DNA from: an uncultured delta proteobacterium | GTDB taxonomy: Bacteria; Desulfobacterota; Desulfomonilia; Desulfomonilales; Desulfomonilaceae | Length of the DNA: 64,000 bases | Direction: 5' to 3' | Assembly (NCBI GenBank): GCA_963789265.1 | Contig: CAWBKB010000006.1 | Span: 320,001 to 384,000, forward strand | In this document: positions 1-10,229 of the stretch, one piece after another | Layout of the letters: each line of letters opens with the position of its first letter | Position numbering within the stretch: the stretch's first letter is position 1 | Made by a program: the position numbers and the translations under genes | The notes under the pieces: model-generated | What the model saw: only the letters and a program-made list of their open reading frames with translations | What the model was told of the DNA's origin: nothing | Databases searched by the model: none

Positions 1-31
1 TAAGCATTCTTCTAAATTGCGGGAGAAAGAA

Positions 32-805
32 ATGTTGACTCTGTTTTTTTTGACATTGGCCGCGTTGATCCCGGCCGTAGCTTTTGCAGAAATCCGGAGC
101 GCAACAATTGACTATAAGAGCCAGGGCACCCTACTGGAAGGGTATGTTGCTTTGAACAAGGGTTTCGAAGGAAAGCGGCCAGGTGTTTTGGTAGTCCCCG
201 ACTGGATGGGAGTCAGTGAGCATTACAAAAAAATTGCTGACAAACTGGCGGACTTGGGTTTTGTGGCATTTGTCGTAGACGTGTACGGAAAGGGCGTGCG
301 ACCCAAGAATGCCGATGAAGCCGCTGAAGAAGCCAACAAATATAAGTCGGATCGCGAGCTCATGAGGCAACGGATCCGGGCCGCGCTCGAAGAATTGAAG
401 AAAGACCCGAACGTCGATCCGGGCCGGATCGCGGCTATGGGCTATTGTTTCGGAGGCACGGTTGCGCTGGAGCTGGCACGCAGCGGAGCCCCGATTCGTG
501 GGGTTGTCACCTTCCACGGCGGACTGGACACTCCTGACCCGGAGGATGCAAAGAAGATCAAAGGCAAAGTGTTGATTCTGCATGGCGCGGACGACCCGCT
601 CGTGCCTCCGAAACAAGTGGCGGCTTTCGAGGATGAGATGCGAAAGGGCGGAGTAGATTATCAGATAGTGATCTATGGCGATGCTGTCCATTCCTTCACC
701 ATCCCTTCCGCCGGCACAGACAAATCAAAGGGAATTGCCTACAATGAGAAAGCCGACAAGCGATCTTGGGAGGCTATGAAGATCTTTTTCAAGGAGATTT
801 TTTAA
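32..805 (+). CDS. Dienelactone hydrolase family protein, probably secreted
   Basis: GYCFGG nucleophile motif, LHGADDP and VHSF motifs; N-terminal signal peptide (MLTLFFLTLAALIPAVAFA). ATG at 32 chosen over the TTG at 17. Confidence 0.9.
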   Translation: MLTLFFLTLAALIPAVAFAEIRSATIDYKSQGTLLEGYVALNKGFEGKRPGVLVVPDWMGVSEHYKKIADKLADLGFVAFVVDVYGKGVRPKNADEAAEEANKYKSDRELMRQRIRAALEELKKDPNVDPGRIAAMGYCFGGTVALELARSGAPIRGVVTFHGGLDTPDPEDAKKIKGKVLILHGADDPLVPPKQVAAFEDEMRKGGVDYQIVIYGDAVHSFTIPSAGTDKSKGIAYNEKADKRSWEAMKIFFKEIF

Positions 806-838
806 AGCCTTAGCCTTTTGAGGCTAGAGAGGCGGACG

Positions 839-1495
839 ATGAAAACATCACTCGTACTTGTGCTGCTCGCGGTTTTGTGCGTCGCAGCGTTCACGGCTGC
901 GGCTTCGCAAACTCAGAAACAGGAAGCGCCCGGAGTTCACTGGCTGACTGACCTTGGGGCCGGACTGAAGCAAGCCAAATCAGAGAACAAGCCGGTACTG
1001 GTCGACTTCTTTAATCCCAACTGACTGGGTTGCCAAAAAATGGATGCGGTTACGTATTCAAACAAAACGGTTGCTGAATTTATCAACACAAATATGATCC
1101 CGGTACGCGTCCCGCACAATCAAAAACCGTTGGCGGAAAATTTCAAGGTCAAGTGGACCCCCACCGTGATAACGCTGGACCGGGACGGCACGGAACGACA
1201 GCGTACAATCGGATTCCTTCCTCCCTCGGCACTGATTCCCTCTCTGATGTTGGGGATTGGAAAGACCCGCTTGGATAGAGGAGAATTCGCTCAAGCGATC
1301 CCCGAGTTTAAACAGGTTGTTGCGAAATATCCTACGAGTGACTTCGCACCGGAGGCAGTGTTCTATTTGGGTGTCGCGCAGTTCAAGAGCACACACGATC
1401 CGAAGTTTCTGAGGAAGGCGTATGATACACTAGCGGCACAATACCCAAAAAGTGAGTGGGCGACAAAAGCTTCACCTTACAGTTCGATCAAATGA
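839..1495 (+). CDS. Secreted thioredoxin-fold plus TPR protein, probable selenoprotein (U-L-G-C, Sec at 1022-1024)
   Basis: ORFs 818..1024 and 1040..1495 are in one frame, separated only by TGA. Read-through gives KPVLVDFFNPN-U-LGCQKMDAVTY, with TGA at the first Cys position of the CxxC motif. Also a WTPT cis-Pro loop, a C-terminal TPR (YPTSDFAPEAVFYLG) and a signal peptide. Confidence 0.85.
1041..1060 (+). promoter_or_regulatory. Candidate bacterial SECIS hairpin
   Basis: Stem tggatgcg/cgtattca (8 bp, two G-U pairs) with loop GTTA. The loop begins with G and lies 24 nt after the in-frame TGA. Confidence 0.65.
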
Positions 1496-1555
1496 TCTAC
1501 GGCAGTCAGGGCGCTTTTCAGAGGTAGTCCGCAGCCACAAGCTGGGCAGTACCTC

Positions 1556-1766
1556 TTATGCATAATCATACACGGGAGTCTCGATCACTCTGTCGGGCTG
1601 TTTCCTACTCTTGATAATAGCCTGGATGTGGTCCACCGTTTCAGGCGAGAAGGTACTGCTCACCCGTTTCCTTGCACACGCGTGCAGGAACGTTTCCCAC
1701 TATGTAGACTTTGCCACCATGTTCCAGTGTGTAAGTAACTTTGGTATCCACCATTGTTTCTTTCAT
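1556..1766 (-). CDS. YgiT-type zinc-finger family protein (putative antitoxin), with one extra base near 1652
   Basis: Manual translation MKETMVDTKVTYTLEHGGKVYIVGNVPARVCKETGEQY/FSPETVDHIQAIIKSRKQPDRVIETPVYDYA; absent from the ORF track; lies directly downstream of the DUF4258 gene. Confidence 0.75.
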
Positions 1767-1784
1767 TCTGGATATCCCTTCATC

Positions 1785-2096
1785 TCACTTTCTGATCCGA
1801 AAATCGATCCACAGATTGGGATCAGGGTCGTACAGGGTGATGATCTTGTCAACAGGCCTGCTCGGATAGCTGCACTGAATGTGCAATGGCCTGCCAGCTT
1901 TCGTGTAGCCAAGGATTAGACAACTGGGGCCATACTTATCCTTAGGATAGTCTTCAATTATTTCATTTTCCCCACTAATTGCCTCCTCCACCTCCGTTGC
2001 GCTTATGTCCCGAATGATGCTTTGATCGACAGAATGTTTGGAAAATTCATAGCTGCGCCTCATAAGCTTTACGCGGATTTGTTGTATCAGTGCCAT
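1785..2096 (-). CDS. DUF4258 family protein (putative RelE-like toxin)
   Basis: FSKHS...EIIEDYPKDKYGPSCLILGYTKAGRPLHIQCS...IITLYDPD, typical of DUF4258. Confidence 0.8.
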   Translation of the reverse strand: MALIQQIRVKLMRRSYEFSKHSVDQSIIRDISATEVEEAISGENEIIEDYPKDKYGPSCLILGYTKAGRPLHIQCSYPSRPVDKIITLYDPDPNLWIDFRIRK

Positions 2097-2128
2097 GACA
2101 AGATATTATCAACTCCGGCGGGTTGTTA

Positions 2129-2250
2129 TCATTGGTCCGAAGCTTGACAGCCCTCCTTAACCATCCATGACGGCAGGCCGCTGCCGGTCGCATCGGCGTA
2201 CAGGGTCTCCGGGGCCACATCGACTTCATTTGACCATGTCAAGGTGCACC
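2129..2250 (-). pseudogene. C-terminal fragment of a DUF2442-like antitoxin
   Basis: Manual translation TLTWSNEVDVAPETLYADATGSGLPSWMVKEGCQASDQ*; no start codon or N-terminal half. Confidence 0.6.
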
Positions 2251-2321
2251 GCCTGATGCCCGAGATCTCGAAGGAATGTCACAGTCTTGGGTGAAATACC
2301 CATGTCGGCCAAGAATGTCAT
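2226..2321 (-). pseudogene. N-terminal fragment of a DUF5615/Mut7-C-like PIN toxin
   Basis: MTFLADMGISPKTVTFLRDLGHQAVHL followed by a premature stop; its start overlaps the DUF433 stop (TGATG coupling). Confidence 0.7.
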
Positions 2322-2554
2322 CACGAGGCCAGATCAACAGGATGCACACTTTCTTCGGCCAGCCATGCCGCAAATTGAAGTGCCTGGCGAATGTCCTCGG
2401 ACTCCAAATAAGGATAGTCCTCGATGATCTCAGCCGCGCTCATCCCATTGGCAACCAAATTGACGACAAGGGATACGGTGACACGCATGCCGCGAATGCA
2501 TGCCTTGCCGCCCATTACGCGCTGGTCAAATGTGATGCGTTCGAATTCCAACAT
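2321..2554 (-). CDS. DUF433 family antitoxin
   Basis: RITFDQRVMGGKACIRGMRVTVS...EIIEDYPYLESEDIRQAL. Confidence 0.9.
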   Translation of the reverse strand: MLEFERITFDQRVMGGKACIRGMRVTVSLVVNLVANGMSAAEIIEDYPYLESEDIRQALQFAAWLAEESVHPVDLAS

Positions 2555-2977
2555 TAGAAGCCTCCAGCATTCCACGGATGCAATTTCAAACATAATAACA
2601 CACTCATGGGATAGGGCGGAACCAGAATTGCGAGAATTACCGCCAGGCGATCATGTTGCCCCGCTTAAGAACTCTTGATGTGGCGACTGAAACGCCCAAG
2701 CAATTCGCGTTTCTCGCGGATTGCGCGTGGCTGGGGATTGTTTGATCCTCGCAATTACAGTCTCTGTCCGCGAGAATCAATGATTATTCGAGGACCCACT
2801 CTTCTACCGACCAGCAAAATGATGTAATATTCATATAATAATGCTAGAGCCTCAGCATTCATGAATGATGCGCTCGATAATATGTTTTAACTATGTGATC
2901 GGCCGAGGATCCCTCGGCTGTCGTCGTTTTTCGGCTACAAAAATCCATGCACCTCAAGGAGCCTGACCGCTCATAAG

Positions 2978-5487
2978 ATGAATAACCATGCGTCTATAAA
3001 GCCTTCTCGCTCTGCAACAGAATTGGAAAGATTGCTGCTAAGCGTACAAAAGCCAGTGCGATATCTCGGTCACGAAGTGAACGCGGTACGAAAGGACCCG
3101 GGAAAGGTGAAGCTGCGGATTGGCCTCGCATTTCCTGATGTTTACGAAGTGGGAATGTCTCACCTCGGTTTGAAGATTCTGTACTCCATCGTGAATGCGG
3201 TCCCGGATTTGTATGCGGAGCGCGTTTTTGCTCCGTGGCCCGACATGGAAGCGCTGATGCGGAGGGAGCAGATCCCTCTGACAACACTGGAAACCGGAAC
3301 CCCCGTGGCGGAGTTGGATCTCCTGGGCTTTTCCCTTCAGTACGAACTCTGTGCCACAACAGTTCTCCAGATGCTTGATCTTTCCGGTATTCCTTTACAT
3401 TCCGCGGATCGGCGGCGCTACGATCCGTTCGTGGTTGGAGGTGGACCAGGGGCATTCAATCCTCTTCCGCTGGCTCCTTTTTTCGACGCATTTGCCATCG
3501 GCGACGGCGAGGAAGTTATTCTGGAACTCGCCACAACCCTGACCAAGTGGAAAGAGGAAGGAGGCTCGCGTGAAGATCTTCTTCGCGAATGGAAGAAGAT
3601 CCCCGGCGTGTTCGTTCCTTCCCTGTACTCGCCCGGTGATACTGTCTGTCGGCGCATCACATCCGAGCTTGACGAGACGAATTTCCCGTCACAGCTTGTG
3701 GTCCCTTTCTGTGAGACCGTCCACGACCGAATCGGTATTGAGATCGCTCGCGGTTGCACGCGAGGCTGCCGTTTTTGCCAGGCCGGAATGCTTTATCGGC
3801 CGGTACGGGAGAGGCAAGCCGAAACTATACTGAATGTTGCTCGGAATAATATCGCTTGTTCCGGCTGGGATGAAGTCAGCCTGTTGTCTCTGTCCGCCGG
3901 GGACTATTCCTCCATCGGTGGCCTGATCAAGCAAATGAGCGATGATTTCGGGCCGGACAAGGTGGCTCTGTCCCTTCCGTCACTGCGAACGGATACCTTT
4001 GATAGAGAAATTGGGGAGCATATCCGCAAGGTCCGCAAAACAGGCTTCACATTGGCACCGGAGGCCGGAACCGACAGACTTCGCCGGATAATTAACAAGG
4101 GAAATAACGAAGAAGACTTGGAGCGCGCCGTCACCACAGCATTTGAGCTGGGCTGGCAGTCGATAAAGCTCTACTTCATGGTCGGCCTTCCCCACGAGTC
4201 GGATGAAGATCTGGACGGGATTATAGGCTTGATTCGGAAAGCCTCGAAGTGGGCGCGCGGGGGAAGATCACCGCGTCAGTCTCCACCTTTGTTCCGAAGC
4301 CGCACACTCCGTTCCAGTGGGCAGGCCAGATTTCTATCGAGGAAACCATCCGCCGTCAGCAGTACATTCGCCGATACTTTCAGAAGGGCAGAGCCAAGGT
4401 GAAATTCCACACACCTCTGATTTCCTTTCTGGAAGGGATTATAGCCAGAGGAGACGAATGTCTGTGTACGGCGATTGAAAGTGCATTTAACAAGGGAGCC
4501 AGACTTGACGGCTGGAATGAGCACTTCAAGTTCGGCCTCTGGATGGAAGCTTTCGAGGAAGCGGGAATTGATGCAGAAAGATACCTCAATCCTAGAGAGG
4601 TCGGCGGCAAGCTCCCCTGGGATTTCATCGAGACGGGAATCAATCCTCAATACCTGGAAGAGGAGTGGCAAAACGCCTTGGCCGAGCAACTCACTCCGGA
4701 CTGTCGGCGCGGAGATTGCACTGGGTGCGGCGTATGCGATTTCGATAAGATCCGACACAGGTTGGCTGAGCCTTTGCGGCCCAATATCTCTGCCGAATTG
4801 CCGTCAAATGCTGCCGCCATGGAAGCCGTTGTACGCCGACTCAGGCTCCGCTACGCAAAAGCGGGCCGCATGAGGCTTCTCGGCCACCACGACCTTGTCA
4901 GACTCTTCCACCGGACTTTTCGCAGGACCGGGATGAGGCTGGATTATTCCCGGGGGTTTCACCCGCACCCAAAGCTGAGGTTTTCACCTCCCCTCGCGGT
5001 CGGTTTGGAAAGTACGGCGGAATACCTGGATTTCGACCTGGTCAATAGCAGCTTAGACGCAACGGACATCCTGGAGGCTCTCAAACAGGCCCTGCCGAAA
5101 GGCATAGATCCCTTATCTCTCGACGAAATATCGTTGAATGATCCACCGGTTTCTGCTAAAATCCAACAGGTTACATACGAAATTACGTTCTTGAATTCAG
5201 TATCACCCGAGGAAATATTGCGCCGTCTTGAAGAGTTCAAGGCTTCGCCCGTCTTCGAGGTCGTTACCGAACATAAAGGCAAATCAAGGAAGCGCAATTT
5301 GAAAGAATGGGTATATGATCTAGCGCTTGCCGACGGCAAATTAAGAATAACACTTCGCAGCGGAGTTTCCGGGTCGGTGCATCCCGTAGCAGCGGTTGCA
5401 GCAGTGCTGGGCCTGAGTAGAGAGACCGTCAGGAATCAAGATATAGTCAAGATGTCCGTCGCGTTGGGCATGTCTTCAGGATTGTGA
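2978..5487 (+). CDS. B12-binding-type radical SAM protein fused to a radical SAM-linked domain (TIGR03960/TIGR03936 type); frameshift in the G run at 4259-4263
   Basis: RGCTRGCRFC radical SAM motif and FPDVYEVGMSHLG; continues in the 4249..5487 frame (FVPKPHTPFQW, CxxCGVC, YSRGFHPHPKLRF); the usual neighbour of rng. Confidence 0.85.
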
Positions 5488-7031
5488 TGAGAGTCTCCAC
5501 TATAGCCAGTGAGATCGTGATCAACATCACTGAGCGGGAAACCCGCTTGGCGCTCATTGAAAACGGTCAGGTCGCGGAAATCCATCTGGAGCGCAAAGGC
5601 GAGCGGGGGATTGTCGGGAACATTTACAAAGGGCGTGTGATAAAGGTCCTTCCCGGCATGCAGGCCGCTTTTGTGGACATCGGCTTGCCGCGCGCCGCTT
5701 TCCTCTATGTGGGAGACGTCCATCTCCACATCCAGGACCTTAATTTTATGGTGAACGAAGAAGAGGACGAGGAGTCGGGGGAAGAGGCTGATGCTATCCA
5801 GGAGGGTATTCCCGAGCATCTGCCACCCATTACCCCCATTGAAGACCTCTTGCAAGAGGGAGAGGACATACTTGTCCAGATTTCCAAGGAACCGCTGGGA
5901 AGCAAAGGGGCCCGCATAACATCTCATGTATCCATACCCGGGCGACATCTCGTGTTCATGCCCACAGTGGATCACGTGGGGATCTCGCGAAGGATAGAGG
6001 ACGAGGCTGAACGCCAGAGGCTCAGGGATATCATCGCGCGTATCAAACCCCCTTCCTGCGGAATCATCGTGCGAACCGTCAGCGAGCATGAGAACCTGGA
6101 AAAGTTGGAAGTGGACCTGACCTTCCTTCAAGGAACCTGGCGGCGCATCCTGGAAAAGGAGAAGAAGGTCCCGGCCCCCTCGTTGATATACGAGGATCTT
6201 GACCTCTGCCTGCGGGGAGTGCGTGACCTATTTACGGAAGACGTGTCTCGCCTTGTCGTGGATTCCGAGGAGCACTACCACCGCATCCTCGACTTTATGG
6301 AAACGTTCATGCCCTCGTTGAAGCCATGCGTTGAACTTTACGACGGGGACGAGCCCATTTTTGATTTCTTCGGTATCGAGATGGAGCTCAACAAGGCACT
6401 TGGAAGAAAGGTTTGGCTAAAGTCGGGAGGATATATCAATATTGACTTCACAGAGGCCCTGGTGGCGATTGACGTAAATACAGGCCGCTACGTGGGCAAG
6501 CGAAACCTTCAGGAAACTATACTCAAGACCAACCTTGAAGCTGTCAAAGAGATAGCTTATCAGCTTCGCCTCAGAAACATCGGTGGAATTATCATTGTTG
6601 ATTTTATCGACATGGACAGGTCGGTGGATCGAGAAAAGGTGTCTAATGCTTTGCAGGAGGCATTGAGAAGAGACAAGCAAAAAACCAATATACTGAAAAT
6701 TTCCGAATTGGGCCTTGTCCAGATGACTCGAAAGCGAACACGAGAAAGCCTTACCAGGACCTTATGTGAACCATGCCCCTACTGTGAAGGCAAGGGGTTC
6801 ATCAAATCCCAAACAACTGTGTGCTACGAGATCCTACGTGCTATTTCCAGAGGGATAACAGATGAGTATTCGTCCTGCATCCGTGTCACTGCACATCCGG
6901 AAGTAGTGAAGCTGCTATTTGAGCAGGAAAGCGACCAACTGGAATCGATACAAGGACAGTACAATACGAAGATCCAGCTAAATCCGGATCCCAACCTATA
7001 CCAGGAACAATACGAAATTGTGAACTGCTGA
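5487..7031 (+). CDS. rng: Ribonuclease G (Rne/Rng family)
   Basis: GNIYKGRVIKVLPGMQAAFVDIG, IDVNTG, GGIIIVDFIDM and CPYCEGKG motifs. Confidence 0.92.
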   Translation: MRVSTIASEIVINITERETRLALIENGQVAEIHLERKGERGIVGNIYKGRVIKVLPGMQAAFVDIGLPRAAFLYVGDVHLHIQDLNFMVNEEEDEESGEEADAIQEGIPEHLPPITPIEDLLQEGEDILVQISKEPLGSKGARITSHVSIPGRHLVFMPTVDHVGISRRIEDEAERQRLRDIIARIKPPSCGIIVRTVSEHENLEKLEVDLTFLQGTWRRILEKEKKVPAPSLIYEDLDLCLRGVRDLFTEDVSRLVVDSEEHYHRILDFMETFMPSLKPCVELYDGDEPIFDFFGIEMELNKALGRKVWLKSGGYINIDFTEALVAIDVNTGRYVGKRNLQETILKTNLEAVKEIAYQLRLRNIGGIIIVDFIDMDRSVDREKVSNALQEALRRDKQKTNILKISELGLVQMTRKRTRESLTRTLCEPCPYCEGKGFIKSQTTVCYEILRAISRGITDEYSSCIRVTAHPEVVKLLFEQESDQLESIQGQYNTKIQLNPDPNLYQEQYEIVNC

Positions 7032-7133
7032 TTTATCCCTTCCTGCCTAGCCTCCTGCGATAACATCGCCAAATAACAGACCAGTTTGCCTAACATTCCT
7101 CATCTGAGCGCACGTCCGCATGCGACGGGAAGA

Positions 7134-8294
7134 TCAATGCGCGACACGCGAAAGTTCTAGGCAGCGACCGATAATCATCCGTTGCACTTCTGAAGTTCCT
7201 TCCACGATCTGCAGGATTTTGGCACTCTTGAAATACCTGGACACGGGATATTCCTCCATAAAGCCATAGCCCCCATGGATTTGGAGCGCGTCGCTCGCCA
7301 CCCGTTCAGCCATTTCAGATGCAAACAGCTTTGCCGCTGCAGCTTCAAAAGTGTGATCTCTCCCCATCTCTTTCAACCAGGCAGACTTGAGATACATATT
7401 GCGGGCCAGTTCTATAGCTACCGCCATGTCAGCCAACTTGAACTGAATTGCCTGGAAATCGAAAATCGGCCGTCCGAACTGCATCCGTTGTTTTGCGTAG
7501 AGCAGTGCATTGTCGAGGCATGCCTGGGCAAGGCCCACAGCCATGGCAGCGAGGGAGATTCTTCCAGTTTCGAGTACCGCGAGGTGCTGTGCAAATCCGC
7601 GCTCAGGATCTCCCAACAGGTTATCTGCGGGAATGCGGCAGTCCTCCAAAATGACCTCATGGGTGGCGCAAGCATGCCATGACATCTTTCTATAGCGCTT
7701 GCCCAGCTTGAATCCGGGAGCGTCTTTCGGCACGATAAAGGTGGAAATGATGTTTCCTTTGTCGTTCTTGCCCGTCTTAGCGGCCACGAGGACCACCGAA
7801 GCGTGATCGAGACCTATATTGGTGATGAACTGTTTCGTTCCGTTCAGTATCCATTCGCCATTTGATGGCACAGCCGTAGTTCTGACCGAAGCGGCATCCG
7901 ATCCCACGTCAGGTTCGGTAAGGCCGAAGGCGCCGATTTTTTCTCCACGAGCGATCGGAACGAGCCATTTCTGCTTTTGCGCTTCTGTACCAAACACCAG
8001 GAGTTCCTGACCGACAATACTCATGGTGACGTCCAGCAGCGCACCCAGTGTGATATCGCCTCTGGAGATCTCTTCGATGCAAATGTGAGCACCTACCCAG
8101 TCTCCTCCGCTTCCCCCATACTCTTCCGGAAAGGGTATTCCCATCATGCCCAAATCGGCCATTTGTTGCATGATGTCGTAAGGGTATTCTCCAGTCGCTT
8201 CCATATGCTCGGATCGAGGGGCGATTACTTCCTCTGCAAAGTCCCGCGCCGTATCCCTCATCATTCGCTGCTCGTCCGTAAGATCAAAGTTCAC
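7134..8294 (-). CDS. Acyl-CoA dehydrogenase
   Basis: FGLTEPDVGSDA, NGTKQFITN, ALQIHGGYGF and EGTSEVQR motifs; GTG start at 8294 after GGAG. Confidence 0.95.
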   Translation of the reverse strand: MNFDLTDEQRMMRDTARDFAEEVIAPRSEHMEATGEYPYDIMQQMADLGMMGIPFPEEYGGSGGDWVGAHICIEEISRGDITLGALLDVTMSIVGQELLVFGTEAQKQKWLVPIARGEKIGAFGLTEPDVGSDAASVRTTAVPSNGEWILNGTKQFITNIGLDHASVVLVAAKTGKNDKGNIISTFIVPKDAPGFKLGKRYRKMSWHACATHEVILEDCRIPADNLLGDPERGFAQHLAVLETGRISLAAMAVGLAQACLDNALLYAKQRMQFGRPIFDFQAIQFKLADMAVAIELARNMYLKSAWLKEMGRDHTFEAAAAKLFASEMAERVASDALQIHGGYGFMEEYPVSRYFKSAKILQIVEGTSEVQRMIIGRCLELSRVAH

Positions 8295-8546
8295 ATTTAC
8301 TCCGTCGTAAAACCGGTGACCTGCAAAGCAGAACCGCTCGCGAGGGTATGTTTGGCCTGTAGAGCGGGGATTACCGCGCGGCCTTAGCTCAAGCCACCGA
8401 GGAGAGACCGCCGCTCCCATCCGCAGCTTGCAAGTATCACCAAGAGATGGAACCACCAGATGCCAAAACCTCTTTTGCTACACAATCCGGACCACATCCA
8501 GAGTGGAAGACATCTCATGGCATCGAACCCGAGGTCGCTAAAGGCG

Positions 8547-9386
8547 CTATTTCTTGTCCTCGTACCAGGCCTGGACCTTGGGTAGGTGTTTAGCTGCTAC
8601 TTGTTGGACGTTAGCCAGGGTTTGGTTCACGTAATCTACCTCCTCTTTCGAGAGGGGTTCCCATTTGATATATTCCATGTTGTTCCACCAATCGTCCTTG
8701 GACTTGATGCAAGGTTTGGTGCTGCCGGGAAAGGCTTGCCACATCGTGGGAGAAGTCCTGAGAAGGGAAGCACGCTGCTCTTGCAGCAGGAAATGATCTC
8801 TATTCTGCTTTCGACTGAAGTAGATGAAATCTCCGGGAGGTCCTATGAGGACCGCCACTCTCGCAGTGCAGTCCGGCATAAAACCTACCCCTGCGCATGC
8901 TGCCCCTATAGTCCCCATGGGACGGGCGTCCATCCGGTACTGGTTCGCCGCCGCGCATGCGTAGTCGCAGGCAGCGGCCCAATCCATGAGCTTCCACGCG
9001 CACGATGGACCGCCCCAAAGTAATCCCATGCCTCCATGCTCTTTGGACCACTTGTTAAATTCTGCGCATGAATCGAAACCACAAGCGCCACAATCCCAGC
9101 CCAGCTCCGACCGGTCCATTTTGGCCCCGATGAGGACGCAACCTAGCGGCGAACCATTCTCTCGGAAGTGCTTCATGGTTCGGTGATCGAAAGCCATGAC
9201 CGGTGATATGGGGGCTAAGGCCCCGGCAAACTCGATAATAGGATCCTGATCCTCATCAGTCAGGATTTCTACCTTGATCTCCAATGTTCCGGTCAACTGC
9301 GGTGCTCTGTAAGCCGCTGCGGCTGCGAGCCTGGTCACTTCCGACACTGCTTCTCGGGCTGCCACCTTACCGTCTATTCTAGCCAT
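8547..9386 (-). CDS. DUF2148 ferredoxin-domain protein (paralog B)
   Basis: AAAYRAPQLTG, CGACGFDSCAEF...GPSC and DARPMGTIG motifs. Confidence 0.75.
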   Translation of the reverse strand: MARIDGKVAAREAVSEVTRLAAAAAYRAPQLTGTLEIKVEILTDEDQDPIIEFAGALAPISPVMAFDHRTMKHFRENGSPLGCVLIGAKMDRSELGWDCGACGFDSCAEFNKWSKEHGGMGLLWGGPSCAWKLMDWAAACDYACAAANQYRMDARPMGTIGAACAGVGFMPDCTARVAVLIGPPGDFIYFSRKQNRDHFLLQEQRASLLRTSPTMWQAFPGSTKPCIKSKDDWWNNMEYIKWEPLSKEEVDYVNQTLANVQQVAAKHLPKVQAWYEDKK

Positions 9387-10173
9387 CGAGATCCTCCTGT
9401 TTCTTCGGGGTTTGAATGCGATAGTCGAAGTTGATCCCTGACGCGGTTTGGCGATTACAAACGAAGTTTTTCCTCGTATTGTCGATCATTTTCTCCATGT
9501 TGATGAGGTGGTAATCAACGTTCACGTCCTGGTACGGGCTCTTGGAGAGAGTCGCCATCGGAAGTCCCACTATAATGGCCGAATCCGAACAGTAACCCAG
9601 CTTCTGTCCCGCCAGTCCCACGCTCATGAACGGTCTGGCATCAACGAGCAGTGTCTGGGCCATCCATATCGCTGATGCCCACGCGTAGCCCAGATCATCG
9701 ACCCGCGCGCCGCATAGCGGCCCCTTTATCGGAGTGGAGCTCCTCTTGTCCGTAATGTCGACCAGGCCTTCTTTTGACTCCCTTCGCGTGTAGAGGAATG
9801 AGCATCCCGCCGGACCGCCGCACAAACCGCAGTTAGCATCGAGAGGCGTCTCGTGTGCACGATAGTTCCCAAGAAACAGAATGACGTCCGACTCCCTCAC
9901 CATGACTGCTTCGTTGAGAAATCGCCTTTTCCACCGGTCGTTGGTGTGCGCCAACTCTTCCATTTTTCTTGCGACCTTTTCCAACTCCTCTTGCCCGTAA
10001 ACGACATGGGCCTGCACCTGCGGAACACCACCAGCCACCGGAGCAGTCAATGCTGCGTTCATGCATAATCGTGCGGCTATGATTGTTGCTTCTCTCCGTC
10101 TAAGGTCCTGCGGAGAATAGCGCGGCCAATCACCCACATGCTCCTCGCCTCTTAATTGGTCAAATCGCTCCAT
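9379..10173 (-). CDS. DUF2148 ferredoxin-domain protein (paralog A)
   Basis: AALTAPVAGG, NCGLCGGPAGC...GPLC, DLGYA, VDARPFMSVG and SKSPY motifs; AGGAGG RBS before ATG 10173. Confidence 0.75.
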   Translation of the reverse strand: MERFDQLRGEEHVGDWPRYSPQDLRRREATIIAARLCMNAALTAPVAGGVPQVQAHVVYGQEELEKVARKMEELAHTNDRWKRRFLNEAVMVRESDVILFLGNYRAHETPLDANCGLCGGPAGCSFLYTRRESKEGLVDITDKRSSTPIKGPLCGARVDDLGYAWASAIWMAQTLLVDARPFMSVGLAGQKLGYCSDSAIIVGLPMATLSKSPYQDVNVDYHLINMEKMIDNTRKNFVCNRQTASGINFDYRIQTPKKQEDLDG

Positions 10174-10229
10174 AAAAGACCTCCTGAGTTGGGCTGTTAT
10201 AGTGCCGTTAACACTTGTGCGGTCGCCTT

